64,000 nucleotides of DNA from Tubulanus polymorphus (Eukaryota > Animalia > Nemertea). The notes beneath the pieces were generated by a model. That model searched no databases. It was not told where the DNA came from and saw only the letters and a program-made list of their open reading frames with translations. Made by a program: the position numbers and the translations under genes. The stretch covers positions 8,370,001 to 8,434,000 of the forward strand of contig NC_134025.1 of the NCBI RefSeq assembly GCF_964204645.1. The letters run 5' to 3'. Below, piece after piece: positions 22,801 through 37,800 of the stretch; the stretch's first letter is position 1; each line of letters opens with the position of its first letter.

Positions 22801-25800
22801 GTAAGCCGAGCAAGTTGGGTAAAATGTGCGACAGTACCTGAACTGGAATATACCGCTTTGAAGCTTGTTGAAGGCAATGAATATGTCTTCCGGGTTATGG
22901 CAGAAAATGAATGTGGTCTCAGTGAACCAGTTGAAATAGCACAACCTATTGTGGCCAAGCATCAATTTGGTAGGTTTTAATGGGATGTGTAGCCCTATAC
23001 AGAAATTATATTAAAGATCTTACTTTTAATATAGGATTTCGAATGAAATTAAAGGAGTAGAATATTTGATTTTATCAATTTTCAGATAAACCTGGACCAC
23101 CTGAAGCCCCCGAGGTTTCTGAGATCTTCAAAACATCATGCCTGGTAACATGGAAGCCGCCAGAAAAAGATGGTGGGTCGCCAGTCACTGGCTATCACCT
23201 GGAAAAACGTGTGACTAGTAGCAGTCGATGGGTTAAGGTGAACACAGAACGGCTTCCAGAATTATCATTGAATATAACTGATTTGAAGGAAAGTAGTGAA
23301 TATGAATTCCGTGTCAGTGCTGAGAATAAAGCCGGAATTGGTGAACCAAGCCCACCTTCCAAGCCATTTACTGCCAAGGATCCATGGGATAAACCAGGGC
23401 CACCAGGAATTCCGAAATACAGTGAAGTTACTGATACAACTATCAAATTAAACTGGACCCCACCAGAGAATGATGGTGGTGCCCCTATTATCAATTATGT
23501 CATCGAATACAAACTGAAAGATGGAAAGACTTGGAAGCAGGCCAATATTGATGTGACAGTCGTGGAAACTACATACACCGTAACAGGACTGAAGACTGAT
23601 TCAGAGTATGTCTTCCGTGTTAGTGCAGAAAATAAGGTTGGCAGAGGACCGCCAGCTGAAAATTCTGAACCAGTTAAAATCAAGGCACCATTAGGTTAGT
23701 TAAACATTGTTACCTTGGCTATAGCAATACAGAATTGATTTTCTCATCAGTACTCTATTGAATGATTTTTGTTGAAGTTGAAATGTTGTATCTGTATTCG
23801 ATTTTAGTGGGTGAGCCTCCAAAGATCTTGAAAGGACTAGTCGATGTTACAGCAGTATCACCAAATGAGGCAAAGCTTACATGTGATGTATTCCGTGGAA
23901 AGCCTGAAGCTGATATTGTTTGGTTAAAGAATGGAAATCAAGTGACTGCTGGTGATAAATATCAAATGTCCATTCAAGATAAGACTGCTACTCTGACTGT
24001 CCTGAAAACTGAACCAAAAGATTCGACATCTTATAAATGTGAAGTGTCAAATTTACTTGGAAGTTGTGACACATCTTCAACTCTAAGCATTAACAGTAAG
24101 TCAAACTATTGATACATGTATGATTAGTGTCTACTATATTTTCTTTCTTAATTATGTATTTTATTCTTTCAGCTCATCCGCTCATTGAATATGATGATAA
24201 ATATAAGTCAACCCAGACTTTGAAGGCCGGCACTTCACTGTCAGTCATAGTCAAGATTACAGGAATTCCAAAGCCAGTTGTAACTTGGACACTTGGTGAT
24301 ATAATTGTGAATAGTGATCGAGTTGTATCTAAAGACAATTTCTCAACGTTGAGTCTAAAAGCTGTTTCTAGGCAAGATGCTGGAAAATATGTTGTGACTG
24401 CTGAAAATATTGTTGGCACCGCAATGGCTGAATTTGATGTTGTTGTCAAAGGTAATTATATAATGAATAGATAATTAATAAATGTCAATTTCATTCAATT
24501 TTCAGTCCATCATATTTTCATGGAAATGATGTTCTTTTTTGCAGATAAACCATCTCCACCACAAAATCTCAGTGTTGCTGATATTCAGAAGGACTCAATT
24601 ACCATAAATTGGCAAAAACCAGCAGATGATGGAGGCTCCCCAATAACTGGTTACATTATTATGAAACGCGATGCTAAAAAGACAACTTGGTCAAACGCAG
24701 GGAAAGTAAATGCTGATACATTCACTCTGCAAGTACCAAAACTGATTGAAGGCAATGAATATTTTTTCCGTGTGATTGCTGTTAATGACATCGGTGAAAG
24801 TGAACCTGCCGATACAACTGAACCTGTCAAGGCCAAGAGCCCATTTGGTAAGATGCCTGTTCTAGAAAGATGTTGATTTTCATCTGTTGAGGGATTCAAA
24901 TAATAATCTGACAATCCTTTTTTCAGACCTACCTGGACCACCCACTAATTTGAAAGTAACAGATGCTTCAAAGAAACACATAAGCATTGAATGGAATGTG
25001 CCTCTTACTGATGGTGGCACTCCAATTATTGGTTATTTAGTTGAGTATAAGGCTGTAAGCAGCACTCGTTGGATTAAGCTTAACAAGGATCCACAGCCAG
25101 AATTATCTTTGAACGTGACAGATGTTGTTGAAAATCAAGAATATGAGTTCCGTGTCAGTGCTCAGAATGCTGAGGGCATTGGACCTCCATCAGATGTGCT
25201 TGAACCAGTTAAAGCTAAGGATCCATATGGTAAGATTTATATAACAATATGTGTTTATCACTTTATCCCCAAGTGCTTAAGTGATTTTAAGATATTAAAT
25301 TTTGATAACTGCATCATCTAATTTCAGATGTACCTGGCGCTCCTGGAAAGCCAAATATGTCTAATATGACTTCATCATCAGGCAATCTATCCTGGGCAGT
25401 ACCAGATGATGATGGTGGTGCTCCAATAACTAATTATGTTGTTGAAATGAAACAACCAAAATCCAAGGAATGGACATGCATCAGTCTAAATGCTAATGTG
25501 CCGAATCCTGAATTTATGGCTCAGAATCTCACTGAAGAAACTGATTATATCTTCCGAGTGTATGCTGAAAATAAGGCTGGCCGTGGTCCACCATCCGAAC
25601 CATCTGATGTTGCTCGATTCGGTAAGGCTGAGTGAGATGAATTGAAGAATTGGTGTGCAGCATGTTCCAACTTATTCATTGAAAATTTCTTTTCCAGAAC
25701 CACTTATAACTCTGATACGACCCCTTGAAGATCAAACAATCAAGTCATTACCAGCTTCTGCCACCTTTGAATGTGAGATTTCTCGGCCAGGCCTTGATGT

Positions 25801-28800
25801 TCAGTGGTTCAGAGATGGCAAGCTAATTAAACCTGGTGACAAATATAAGATTGTGTCAGATGGTACAATTTACCGATTAACCATAAATGACATACAGGAG
25901 GAAGATGATGCTGATTATTCACTTAAATTTAAGAGTATAGAAACTTCAGGCGGACTATTCATCGAAGGTAAACACTTAATATTGCGATAATTAAACAACT
26001 CCCCAATCGAGGGAAAATTAATACAATAATCATGAAATTTTATTCTTGTATGATTTCAGTACCTCCTGCATTCTTACTCGAGACGGCATTTGAAACCATT
26101 ATCATGAAGGTCAATACTTCTAAGATAACAGAAGTGCCATTCGCTGCTTGTCCAATGCCAAAAGTGACCTGGTCATTCAATGATGGGCAGTTAGTTCCTG
26201 ACCGCATGAAGGTTGAAACTATATATGGTATGACTGCCTTGACTTTAAATCGTATCCTGCGCAGTGATGCTGGTGATTATCGATGCAAGATTGAAAATAA
26301 ATTTGGTTCCCAAGAACTTCATTTACAAGTCAAAGTCATTGGTAAGTTGAAAAAAATAAACATATATTTGTATAATAAGCTAGATATGATATGATAAATA
26401 AGCATTGTTAGCATTTCTTTCATAGCTAACCTATTTTTATTTACCTATTTCATAGATAAGCCATCACCTGTCCGTAATCTTTCCTTGATCAACATAACTC
26501 CCGAAAGTGCTGACATTAAATGGGACTACCCTGAAGATGATGGTGATTCACCAGTCACTGGCTACATTGTTGAAAAGCGTGACAAGAAAAAAGCTTCGTA
26601 TACGAAAGTAGAAACGATACAAAAACTGGAATCGACTATTCCGAAACTTATTGCCAATGGAGAGTATGTCTTCCAGGTTACTGCTGAAAATGAAGTTGGA
26701 CAAAGTAAACCAGTAGAAATCGGACCATTTGTTGCTAAATACAGGTTTGGTAAGTGTATTCGACTGAATGGTTGTACTTAAATGTGATTTCAGAATTAGT
26801 TTCGGCTCCTCTATCTATATACCTGTAGATATAAAGTCTTGTGCTTTTTTCTTTACAGATGTCCCTGGACCCCCAGACGCTCCTGATGTTTCTGAGATTT
26901 TCAAAACATCCTGTGTTGTCACGTGGAAACCTCCTCTTAATGATGGTGGATCCCCAGTAACTGGCTATCATCTTGAGCGGCGTCTCACAAGTACAAATCG
27001 ATGGGTCAAAATCAACAAAGAACCCATTCCAGAATTGTCACTGAATATAACAGACTTGAAGGAAAGTAGTGAATATGAATTCCGTGTAAGTGCTGAAAAC
27101 AAGGCTGGTGTTGGTGAACCTAGTCCACCTTCCAAGCCATTTACTGCCAAGGATCCATGGGATAAACCAGGGCCACCCGGAATTCCAAAATGTAGTGAGA
27201 TTACAGACACCTCAATCAAGCTATCCTGGACCCCTCCAGAAAATGATGGCGGTGCTCCTATTTTAAATTATGTCATCGAATACAAACTCAAAGATGGAAA
27301 GACTTGGAAGCAGGCCAATGTCGATGTTACAGTCGCGGAAACTACCTACACTGTAAAAGGACTGAAAACTGATTCAGAGTATGTTTTCCGTGTTAGTGCA
27401 GAGAATAAAGTCGGCAGAGGACCGCCAGCCATGAATTCTGAACCAGTGAACATCAAAGCACCATTAGGTAAATAGAAACAAACATTCTACTGAGAAATAG
27501 TTTGTATTGGGACAAGGCTATAAATGAATTTTCTTTTTACAGTTGGCGAGCCACCTAAAGTAATTGATGGTGTTCATGATATCAAGATTGTATCACCAAA
27601 AGAATCTTTGTTACAATGTGAACTATTCCGTGGTAAACCAGAGGGAGACATTGTGTGGTACAAGGCTGGAAAGCAGATAACGTCCTCAGATAAATATGTC
27701 ATGTTATTCGAAGATAGTATTGCTTCCCTGAAAATCAAAAATACTGAACCAAAGGATACAGCCTCCTATAAAGTTGAGGTGTCAAATCCTTTGGGCAGCT
27801 GTAATTCATCTGGTCAACTCACAGTTCATGGTATGTATTCAAACTTATGCCCGATTGAATAATTGTTTCATGTGCACTCAATTATGTTATTATAGCATAA
27901 AACTTTTGTATAAGTTATAATCAGTGCCATCCAAAAGGTTTATCAATTATAATCAGGAATTATTCTTTGCTCGTGCCTCTTTTCAGTTCATCCGGCTATA
28001 ATGTTTGACAAGAAATATGAAGATGTCCAAAATATAAAAGGTGGTTCATCCCTTACAATCATTACCAAAGTCACTGGTTTACCACAGCCTACAGTTTATT
28101 GGTCATTTGCTGACAAGAAACTCAGTAAGACTGATCGTGTTACTATTGAATCAAAGGAAACTCTATCCAGTATTACAGTGAAAGGTCTTACTAGATCGGA
28201 TGCTGGAAAATACATAATCACTGCGGAAAATGAAGTCGGAAAGTCTACTGCTGAATTTACAGTAGTAGTTAAAGGTAAAAACTTTCAAATGCGCTAATTT
28301 CTCAGATTTTAGTTTTGTATCAATAAAATGCTGAGCTCTTGTTGCATTTATTTAGATAAACCTTCTCCACCACAAAACTTGAGAGTGACCGATATCCAAA
28401 AGGAATCAATCACTATTGAATGGCAGCCACCAGCTGATGATGGTGGTGCTCAAATTACTGGCTACAATATCATGAAACGCGATGCCAAAAAGACAACATG
28501 GTCAAATGCAGGTCGGGTCAAGGCTGATGAATTGAAATTCCAAGTACCAAAACTGATTGAAGGAAATGAATATTTCTTCCGTGTGGTTGCTGTCAATGAA
28601 ATCGGTGAAAGTGAACCTACTGACACAACTGAGCCTGCTATGGCTAAGAGTCCATTTGGTATGTTTCATAAATCTATTGACATGAAATATACTCCTCATT
28701 TAAGTATGTGTAACATTAAATTCTTGTCTTCTGTCATCTACAGACGTGCCAGGTCCTCCAAAGAACCTCCATGTTACTGATGCATCTAAAAAGCATATCG

Positions 28801-31800
28801 CGATTGCTTGGGATGTACCTGACAGTGATGGTGGATCACCAATCATTGGCTACATGATTGAATACCAACAAGTCTCTAAGAAGTGGGTAAAACTCAATCG
28901 GGAACCGATACCTGAACTGTTTATGGATGTCACTGATGTTGTTGAGAAACAGGAGTACGAATTTAGAGTATCAGCTCAAAACAGTGAAGGTGTTGGACCA
29001 CCCTGTAAAACACTTGGTCCTATCAAAGCAAAAGACCCATTTGGTAAGTAATAAGTAGTGATATATTGTCCTCCACAAGCCTAGAATTTACAGTAATTTT
29101 ATCATCTCTTTTTTAGATGTTCCTGGACCACCTGGAAAGCCAGTTGTTGATAGTATGACTTTCAATTCTGCAAATCTTCACTGGGAGGCACCTTCGCAAG
29201 ATGGTGGTGCGACTATTACTAATTATGTAGTTGAGATGAAAAAACCAAAAGACTATCAATGGACCAATATCAGTACAGATATCACAGTGCCATGGCCTGA
29301 GTTTATAGCCACAAACCTAACTGCCGAAACTGACTATATTTTCCGTACGTATGCTGAAAATAAAGCAGGCAGAGGACCCCCATCTGACCCTTCAGATGTA
29401 TCTCGATTTGGTAAGCTTACGTTCCTGATTTTTACTGTTCAAAATGCACTTCATTAGAATATACTTATATTTTTTTATGGTTTATATTGCAGAGCCACCA
29501 CTGCAGCTGATCAAGCCTCTTTCTGATAAAACTGTGAAGGAGATTCCATGCACAGTGAAATTTGAATGTGAAATCTCCAAGGCTGGTTTAGAAGTTCAGT
29601 GGTTTAAGAATGACAAACCAATTAAACCAAATAACAAATACAAGATAGAGAATGTTGGTACCACATATCGCCTTATCATCAACGATATCAGTGATGAAGA
29701 TGATGCTGATTACTCCATAAAAATCAAGGAAATCGAATCAAAGGCAGCACTCTTTGTTGAAGGTAAAGAAAAATGAATCTATGATTTAACTGAATGTACT
29801 TCTTTATTTCTAACGTAAATGGATTAAAAATAATACTTCACTGTTTCACAGTTCCACCGAAGTTCTTGCTTGCGAAGAACTTTGAAGATAGAATAGTTAT
29901 GAAAGCTGGTACATCAAAGATCATTGAGATTCCATTTTCTGCTGCACCAATGCCAACTGTCACTTGGTCATACAATGATAGCCAATTGATTGATGAACGA
30001 ATGAAGGTGGAAACAATCCGTGGAATGACGGCACTGACCCTGAATCGCGTGATCCGTTCAGATGTTGGTGATTTCACCTGCAAAATTGAAAATAGATTTG
30101 GTAGTATTGATATGAATGTACATGTTACTGTTATAGGTGAGTAACTATTGATTACCGGCCAGGAGATTTGTATTTTTCTGTATGCACATGTATCTATAAT
30201 TATCTTGTCTCATTGAATATTTACAGATAAACCTGAACCAGTAGAAAATCTGACATTAGTTGATATTACACCTAATACTGCTGAAATCAAGTGGGATATA
30301 CCACAGGATGATGGTGGTACCCCTATAACTGGTTATATTGTCGAACGCAGGGAGGCAGAAAAGTCAACATATACAAAAGTTGGTACAACCAAAGATTTAG
30401 AGTACACTATCACTAAGTTAATTCCTGACAAGAAATACGTTTTCCAAGTGACTGCTGAAAATGAGGTTGGTCTGAGTAAACCTGTTGAACTTTCGGGACC
30501 AGTGGTGGCCAAACATCAATTTGGTAAGTACTTGACTTTTTCTTGATGATCAGTGATTGAATACGTTTTCAGTAGGAACTTGACTATTTAAATTTTCTGT
30601 AGAAAAACCAGGCCCTCCGAATGCACCAGAAGTTTCTGAAATATTCAAAACATCTTGCGTTGTGACATGGAGGCCTCCAACTGAAGATGGTGGATCACCA
30701 GTCACTGGTTATCACTTGGAAAGACGTCTTACAAGTAGCAGCCGATGGATTAAACTAAACAAAGAGCCAATTCCTGAACTTTCATTGAATGTGACTGATC
30801 TAGTGGAAAGCAACGACTATGAATTCCGTGTCAGTGCTGAAAACAAGGCTGGTATCGGTGAACCAAGTCCACCTTCCAAACCATTTACAGCCAAGGACCC
30901 ATGGGATAAACCAGGAGCACCAGGAAAACCAGTATATAGTGATATAAAAGACAAGTCAATTAAATTAACTTGGACCCCGCCTGAGAATGATGGTGGTGCT
31001 CCAATTATTAACTATGTCATTGAATACAGACTCAAGGATGGAAAGTCTTGGAAGCAGGCCAATGTTGATGTAACTGTAATTGAAACTACATACACTGTAA
31101 CAGGACTGAAGACTGATTCAGAGTATGTTTTCCGTGTCAGTGCAGAGAATAAGGTTGGCAGAGGACCTCCAGCTGAAAATTCTGAACCAGTTAAAATCAA
31201 AGCGCCATTAGGTGTGTATCAATTTCATGGTGTGTATGATTTGTGTATTTTTACTTTTTGTGATCTTTTCATTGGTTATGAATTATTTACAGTCGGTGAA
31301 GCTCCAAAAATGACAAGTAAGCTTGCTGATAAGATTGTATTATCACCGGAAGAAGCAGTATTTGATTGTAAGATGACCACTGGTAAACCAGAATCTGAAA
31401 TAAAATGGTATAAAGATGGTAAGCAGCTTACACCCAGTGAAAAATACATCGCCCAGTATGATGGTAAAGATGCCGTTCTGAAGATTCAGAAAACTGAACC
31501 GAAGGATGCAGGAAAATACAAATGTGAAGCATCAAATATCATCAGCAGTGTAGAATCATCAGCTTCATTATCTGTTTTTGGTAAACTTGATAGGTTTTTT
31601 ATGTTTCTGAAGTAATAAATGCTTTGAGATTTCTTGTGTCAATTACTTACCAATACAGATATAATTCAGTCAAACCAATTATTGAATATGAAAAGAAGTT
31701 TGAGATTTCTAGTATCAATTAATTACTAATGTAGATATTTGAAATTTACAGTCAAACCAAATATTGAATATGAAAAGAAGTTTGAAGGCACGCAATCCCT

Positions 31801-34800
31801 GAAGGCTGGCGCCACCTTCACTGTTATAGTGAAGGTGTCTGGCCTCCCGGAACCTTCAGTGTCATGGTTGTTTAATGATAAATCATTGAAAACATCTGGT
31901 GATGTTAAGATTGACACCAAGAAGGATATTTCGACTATAACTGTGAAAAATGTGAACAAATCAAGTGCTGGTAGATATGTGGTTACTGCTGAAAACAAGG
32001 TTGGAAAAGCCGCAGCAGAATTTAACCTTGTAGTTCGCGGTAGGTTGAAAATTGAAATGATTTCTGATTTATGTAAGAGAATATGAACATGTGTTATTGT
32101 TGCCCATACTAGTAAATCCTATCTATTTAAACGTTTTCATTCTTTGCAGATGTTCCATCTCCTCCTCGTGATTTGGCTGTTACTGATGTACAAAAAGAAT
32201 CAGTGACTCTGACCTGGGAGGTGCCTGAAGATGATGGTGGCTTACCAATAACTCAATACGTGATCGAAAAACGAGATGTAAAGAAAACCACCTGGTCTAG
32301 TGCTGGTAAGGTGAATGCTAATACCCTAACATTACACATACAGAAGCTGATTGAAGGCAATGAATACTATTTCCGTGTTATTGCTGAAAACGAGATTGGT
32401 CAGAGCCAACCAACAGAACTTAAGGAGCCTGTTAAGGCCAAGAGTCCTTTCGGTAGGTTTGATACTAATCTTTTATATCCTCAGAATGTATATGTACATT
32501 TGGGAATCTGAATAATATGTTAGATGATTCTACTATACTTTTATTAGATAAACCAGGCCCTCCAATAAATCTGCGTGCGACAGATATTTCCAAAAGTATG
32601 ATCACATTAACATGGGAACCTCCTAAATCTGATGGAGGGTCGCCTATAATAGGCTATATAATGGAACGCCGACAAGCTAAGAGCAATAGATGGATCAGAC
32701 TCAATAAAGAGCCTCATCTGGAATTGACCATGGACATCAGTGATGTTGTTGAAAATCAAGAATACGAATTTCGTGTAGCTGCCCAGAATGCTGAAGGCAT
32801 TGGAGAGCCTACAAGTATTCTTGGTCCAATTAAAGCTAAGGATCCATGGGGTAAAATTAAGTTTTTATTATCTAAACATAATAGATTTTGTATGAATGTG
32901 GGATTGCTATAATTTAACTTTTAACAATGTGTCTGTGAAAAAAAGTCATGATTCAGAGTGCTTATATAAATAATATGCCTTATTTCCAGATGTACCTGGT
33001 AAACCTGGAAAACCAGTTGTAAACATGACGGATACCAATGCTCAACTAACCTGGAAACCTCCAACAGAAGATGGTGGAAGCCCAATCACCAATTATTTCA
33101 TTGAAATGAAGCTACCAACGGAATACAAATGGACTGCCGTAAATGCAGATTTTGTCATCCCCTATCCTGAACATGAGGTTTCCGGTACCAAAGTAGAGAC
33201 TGACTATGTTTTTCGCGTCACTGCCGAAAACAAGGCTGGTCGTGGTCCACCTTCTGAGCCATCAGATGTTGCCAGATATAGTAAATAATATTTTTCCTTC
33301 AGATTTTATATTATCATATTCTAGTAATACTTCCCTAGATATTTATTAAAATGCCGAAAAATCTTATTGCAGAGGCTCCTATTGTTATAATGACACCACT
33401 GAAAGATCAGGAAGTCAAGAAACTTCCCGCTGTTGTTAAATTTGAATGTGTGATTTCAAAGCCTGACTTGGAAGTTGAATGGTTCAAAAATGATAAGCAT
33501 ATAAGAGCTGGTGACAAGTACAAAATGGAAAGCATTGAAACAACCTACCGTCTGGTTATTCTTGATGTAGATGATGAAGATGATGGTGATTACTCAATCA
33601 AATTCAAGAATTTAGAGTCGAAAGCAGCCCTTTTTGTCAAAGGTAGTATATATACTATATTGTTGCATTCAATGCAATCCTTATCTTCAATACAGTCTGA
33701 TCTTTTAAAATTGATTGGTATTTGAACAATTTTTATTTCTTAGTACCACCCAAATTCAACTTGGATAAGGATTTCAAGGATAGCCTTATACTTAAAGCTG
33801 GTGTGTCACATATCGTTGAAGTTCCTTTCAATGCTAGCCCAATGCCAAAGGTTACATGGTCATTTAATGATGGCAAATTTAACGATGATACTCGTATGAA
33901 AGTTGAAACTATTCGGGGAATGACAGCTCTCACATTGGGTAAAGTGATCAGGGATGATTCTGGTGAATATAACTGCAAGGTGGAGAACGAATTGGGATCT
34001 ATTAATCTAACTGTTAAAGTTAAAGTTATTGGTAAGTGTTGAATAGAAAATTCATGCATCGATGAGATATTTTTGAATACGTACTATACTTAATGTTAAT
34101 TTTTCAAATTTTTTTAGACAAACCATCCCCCATACAGAATCTCACGTTAGTAGATGTTACTCCAAATTCTGCATATCTGAAATGGGATGCACCTGCAGAT
34201 GATGGAGGATCGCCTATTACAAATTACATAATTGAGAAACGTGATATGAAACGAGCCAGTTATTCCTCTGACGGAAAAACAAAAGACCTTGATTATACTG
34301 CTTCTAAGTTGGTTGAAAAAAATCAATACATGTTCCAAGTCACTGCTGAAAATGAAGTTGGTTTGTCAGCTCCTGTTGAATTGAAGGGTGCTGTTGTTGC
34401 TAAGCACACATTTGGTAAGTTGTCTTTGCACTCTTTATCTTACATAATTTGGAAAGTATCGAGCTTAACCCTAAATGATTTCTTTTGTAGACAAACCTGG
34501 ACCACCTGATGCGCCATTAGTGTCAGAGATTTTCAAGAAGTCTTGCATTGTTACTTGGAAGGCACCAGAAAATGATGGTGGATCTCCAGTTACTGGTTAT
34601 CACTTGGAAAGACGTCTTACAAGTAGCAGCCGTTGGATTAAACTAAACAAAGAGCCAATTCCTGAACTTTCATTGAGTATAACTGATCTGATAGAAAGCA
34701 ATGAATATGAATTCCGTGTCAGCGCTGAGAATAAAGCTGGTATTGGTGAGCCAAGTCCACCTTCCAAGCCATTTACTGCCAAGGATCCATGGGACAAACC

Positions 34801-37800
34801 AGGACCACCAGGAATTCCAAAATATAGTGACATCAAGGATACCTCAATTAAATTGACATGGACTCCTCCGGAAAATGATGGTGGAGCTCCCATAATGAAT
34901 TATGTCATCGAATATAAACTCAAAGATGGAAAGAAATGGACCTTAGCCAATATGGATGAGACAGTAGCTGAAACAACATATACTGTTAAGAAACTTAAGA
35001 CAGATTCTGAGTATGTTTTCCGTATTAGTGCTGAAAACAAAGTTGGTCGTGGACCGCCGGCTGAAAACTCTGAGCCAGTTCTAATCAAGGAACCTATAGG
35101 TATGAAACATTAGATTAATTCATTGCCTAGGTAATTGATTGATATTAGATACATATTGATGATTTCATGTCATCATTTTCCAGTTGGTACAGCACCCAAG
35201 ATTGTATCAGACATGAAAGATAAGACCGTGATTGCGCCAGAAGAGGTAGTTCTCGAATGTGAAATTGCAGCTGGCAAACCTTCTTCTGAGGTCACTTGGT
35301 TTAAAGACGGCAAGTCTATTTCTGAATCTAAGAGACACAAAATGAAATATGACAACAAGATCGCAACATTAAAGATTTCAAACTCAGAACCTAATAAAGA
35401 CACAGGAATGTATAAATGCGAAGCGTCGAATGCTCTTGGTAGTGTCAGCACATCAGCTACGCTTACTGTTTATGGTATGTAGTAATTCACGTGTTCGTAT
35501 ACTGTTCATAATATAGTTCTTTCTCAGCTTTTGTAGTATCGAAAAGATTTTGATTTCCCAATTTCATGATTTTATTGTTTTCAAATTTTTTTGTCTTTTT
35601 TGTCAATGTCTTTTTTAATAGTTAAGCCAATTATTGAATATGACAAGAAATATGAAGGCGAAAAGATACTAAATGGAGGCAATACATTCTCAGTGACAGT
35701 CAAAGTGTCGGGAATCCCTGAACCAACAATTGTTTGGTCATGTAATGACAAACCACTGACTACATCTGGTGATACCAAAATTGACACTAAGAAAGACATA
35801 TCAATCCTGACTGTGAAAAATGTCAATAAGAGCAGCAATGGCAAATTCACAGTTAAAGCAGAAAATAAAGTTGGAAAAGCTTCAGCAGAATTCCCACTGA
35901 CAGTCAAAGGTTAATTTTAGCATAGATTAATCATATTCATCTGAATAATGAATATTGTAGCTTTCATTGTAATTGTGTTATTTCTGATATGATCACATCT
36001 GAATGAAAATTGATTGATTTTATTTTAGATGTGCCTTCACCACCCCGAGATGTAACTGTTACTAATGTCCAAAAAGAATCTGTTACACTTACATGGAAAA
36101 AACCGGATGATGATGGCGGTTCACCTATCACTGGATATATCATTGAAAAACGTGATGCCAAAAAGACTTCATGGTCCAGCACTGGAAAAACAAATTCCAA
36201 TACTTTCAACCTTGATGTTACAAGACTTATTGAGGGCAACGAGTATTATTTCCGTGTGATTGCTGAAAATGAGGTTGGACAAAGCCAGCCATGTGAAACA
36301 GACAAACCAGTTAAGGCAACGAGTCCATATGGTGTGCCAAGCCCTCCACAAAATCCTAAGGCTAAAGATGTTACAAAATCTGAAATTAATATTACATGGG
36401 AACGTCCTCAGTCTGATGGTGGAACACCTATCATCGGATACATTGTTGAAAAACGACAGGCCCACAGTACTCGATGGGTAAAAGTTAACAAAAAACCTAC
36501 TCCAGAACTTCAATTAAGTATCACAGATGTTACTGAAAATCAAGAATACGAATTCAGAATATTTGCCCAAAATGCTGAAGGTCTGAGTGAACCATCAAAC
36601 ACTCTGGGACCAATCAAAGCTAAGAACCCGTATGAAGTTCCAGGACAGCCTGGAAAACCAGTTGTTGATAGGATAACTGCTCAAAGCGCCTTCTTGAAAT
36701 GGAAAGCACCTCCTGATGATGGTGGAAGCCCAATCACCAATTACATAATTGAAATGAAGAAACCAACTGATTCGAAGTGGACCAAAGTTCAAGTAGACGC
36801 TGATATAACAATAACAGAATATGAAGTTACTGGTTTGAAAACGGAGACGGAATATATATTTAGGGTTACCGCTGAAAATAAAGCTGGACAAGGAAAGGCC
36901 TCCGAGCCATCAGATGTTGCCAAATTTGGTAAGCTACAGGATTTTAAAAAAAGCTTCAATAATTATGCAGCTTTTCATTAATCTCAATTCATACAAAGCT
37001 TCAATAATTATGCAGCTTTTCATTTATCTCAATTCATTATGTCACTGGTAATTTCTTGTGAATAGGTCGTTTACAGTTGTTTGCATACTTTGTTTTAGAA
37101 CCAGATTTGGAGCTAATACGTCCATTGACTGATCAAGAAATTAATAAGATTTCAGGAACTGTCACATTTGAGTGTGAAATTTCAAAATCGGATTTAGACG
37201 TTCGATGGTTTATCGGTGATAAAACAATCAAATCTAGTAAAAAGTACAAGATTGAATCTAGAGGAAAGGTCTACAGATTAACCATTAGTGATATAACAGA
37301 AGATGATGTTGCAGAGTATTCGATTAAAATAAAAAACATTGAGTCATCTGCAGCTCTTATTATAAAAAGTATGTATAGACATTTATTTCATGATTTTTGA
37401 TCTCACTTTTCATCACTTGAATGATAAAGAACAAACTACATTTCATTTTAGTTCCTCCTAAATTCATGATGGACAAAAACTTTAAAGACAAGATCATTAT
37501 GAAATCCAACACATCAACTGTCATTGAGATTCCTTTTGTTGCATGTCCTATGCCCACTATCAAGTGGTCATTCAATGATGGTAAACTCATTGATGAAAGG
37601 ATGAAAGCAGAAACCATCCGTGGTATGACCGCCTTGACATTGAGTCGAGTGAATCGAAGTGATACTGGGGAATATACCTGTAAAATTGAAAATGAACTTG
37701 GAAATATTCACACCACAGTTCATGTCACAGTAATTGGTAAGGTTCATTCTACTGAATATGAATTCTTAGTTGATTAAATGTAAAAACGTGCATATGTTTT

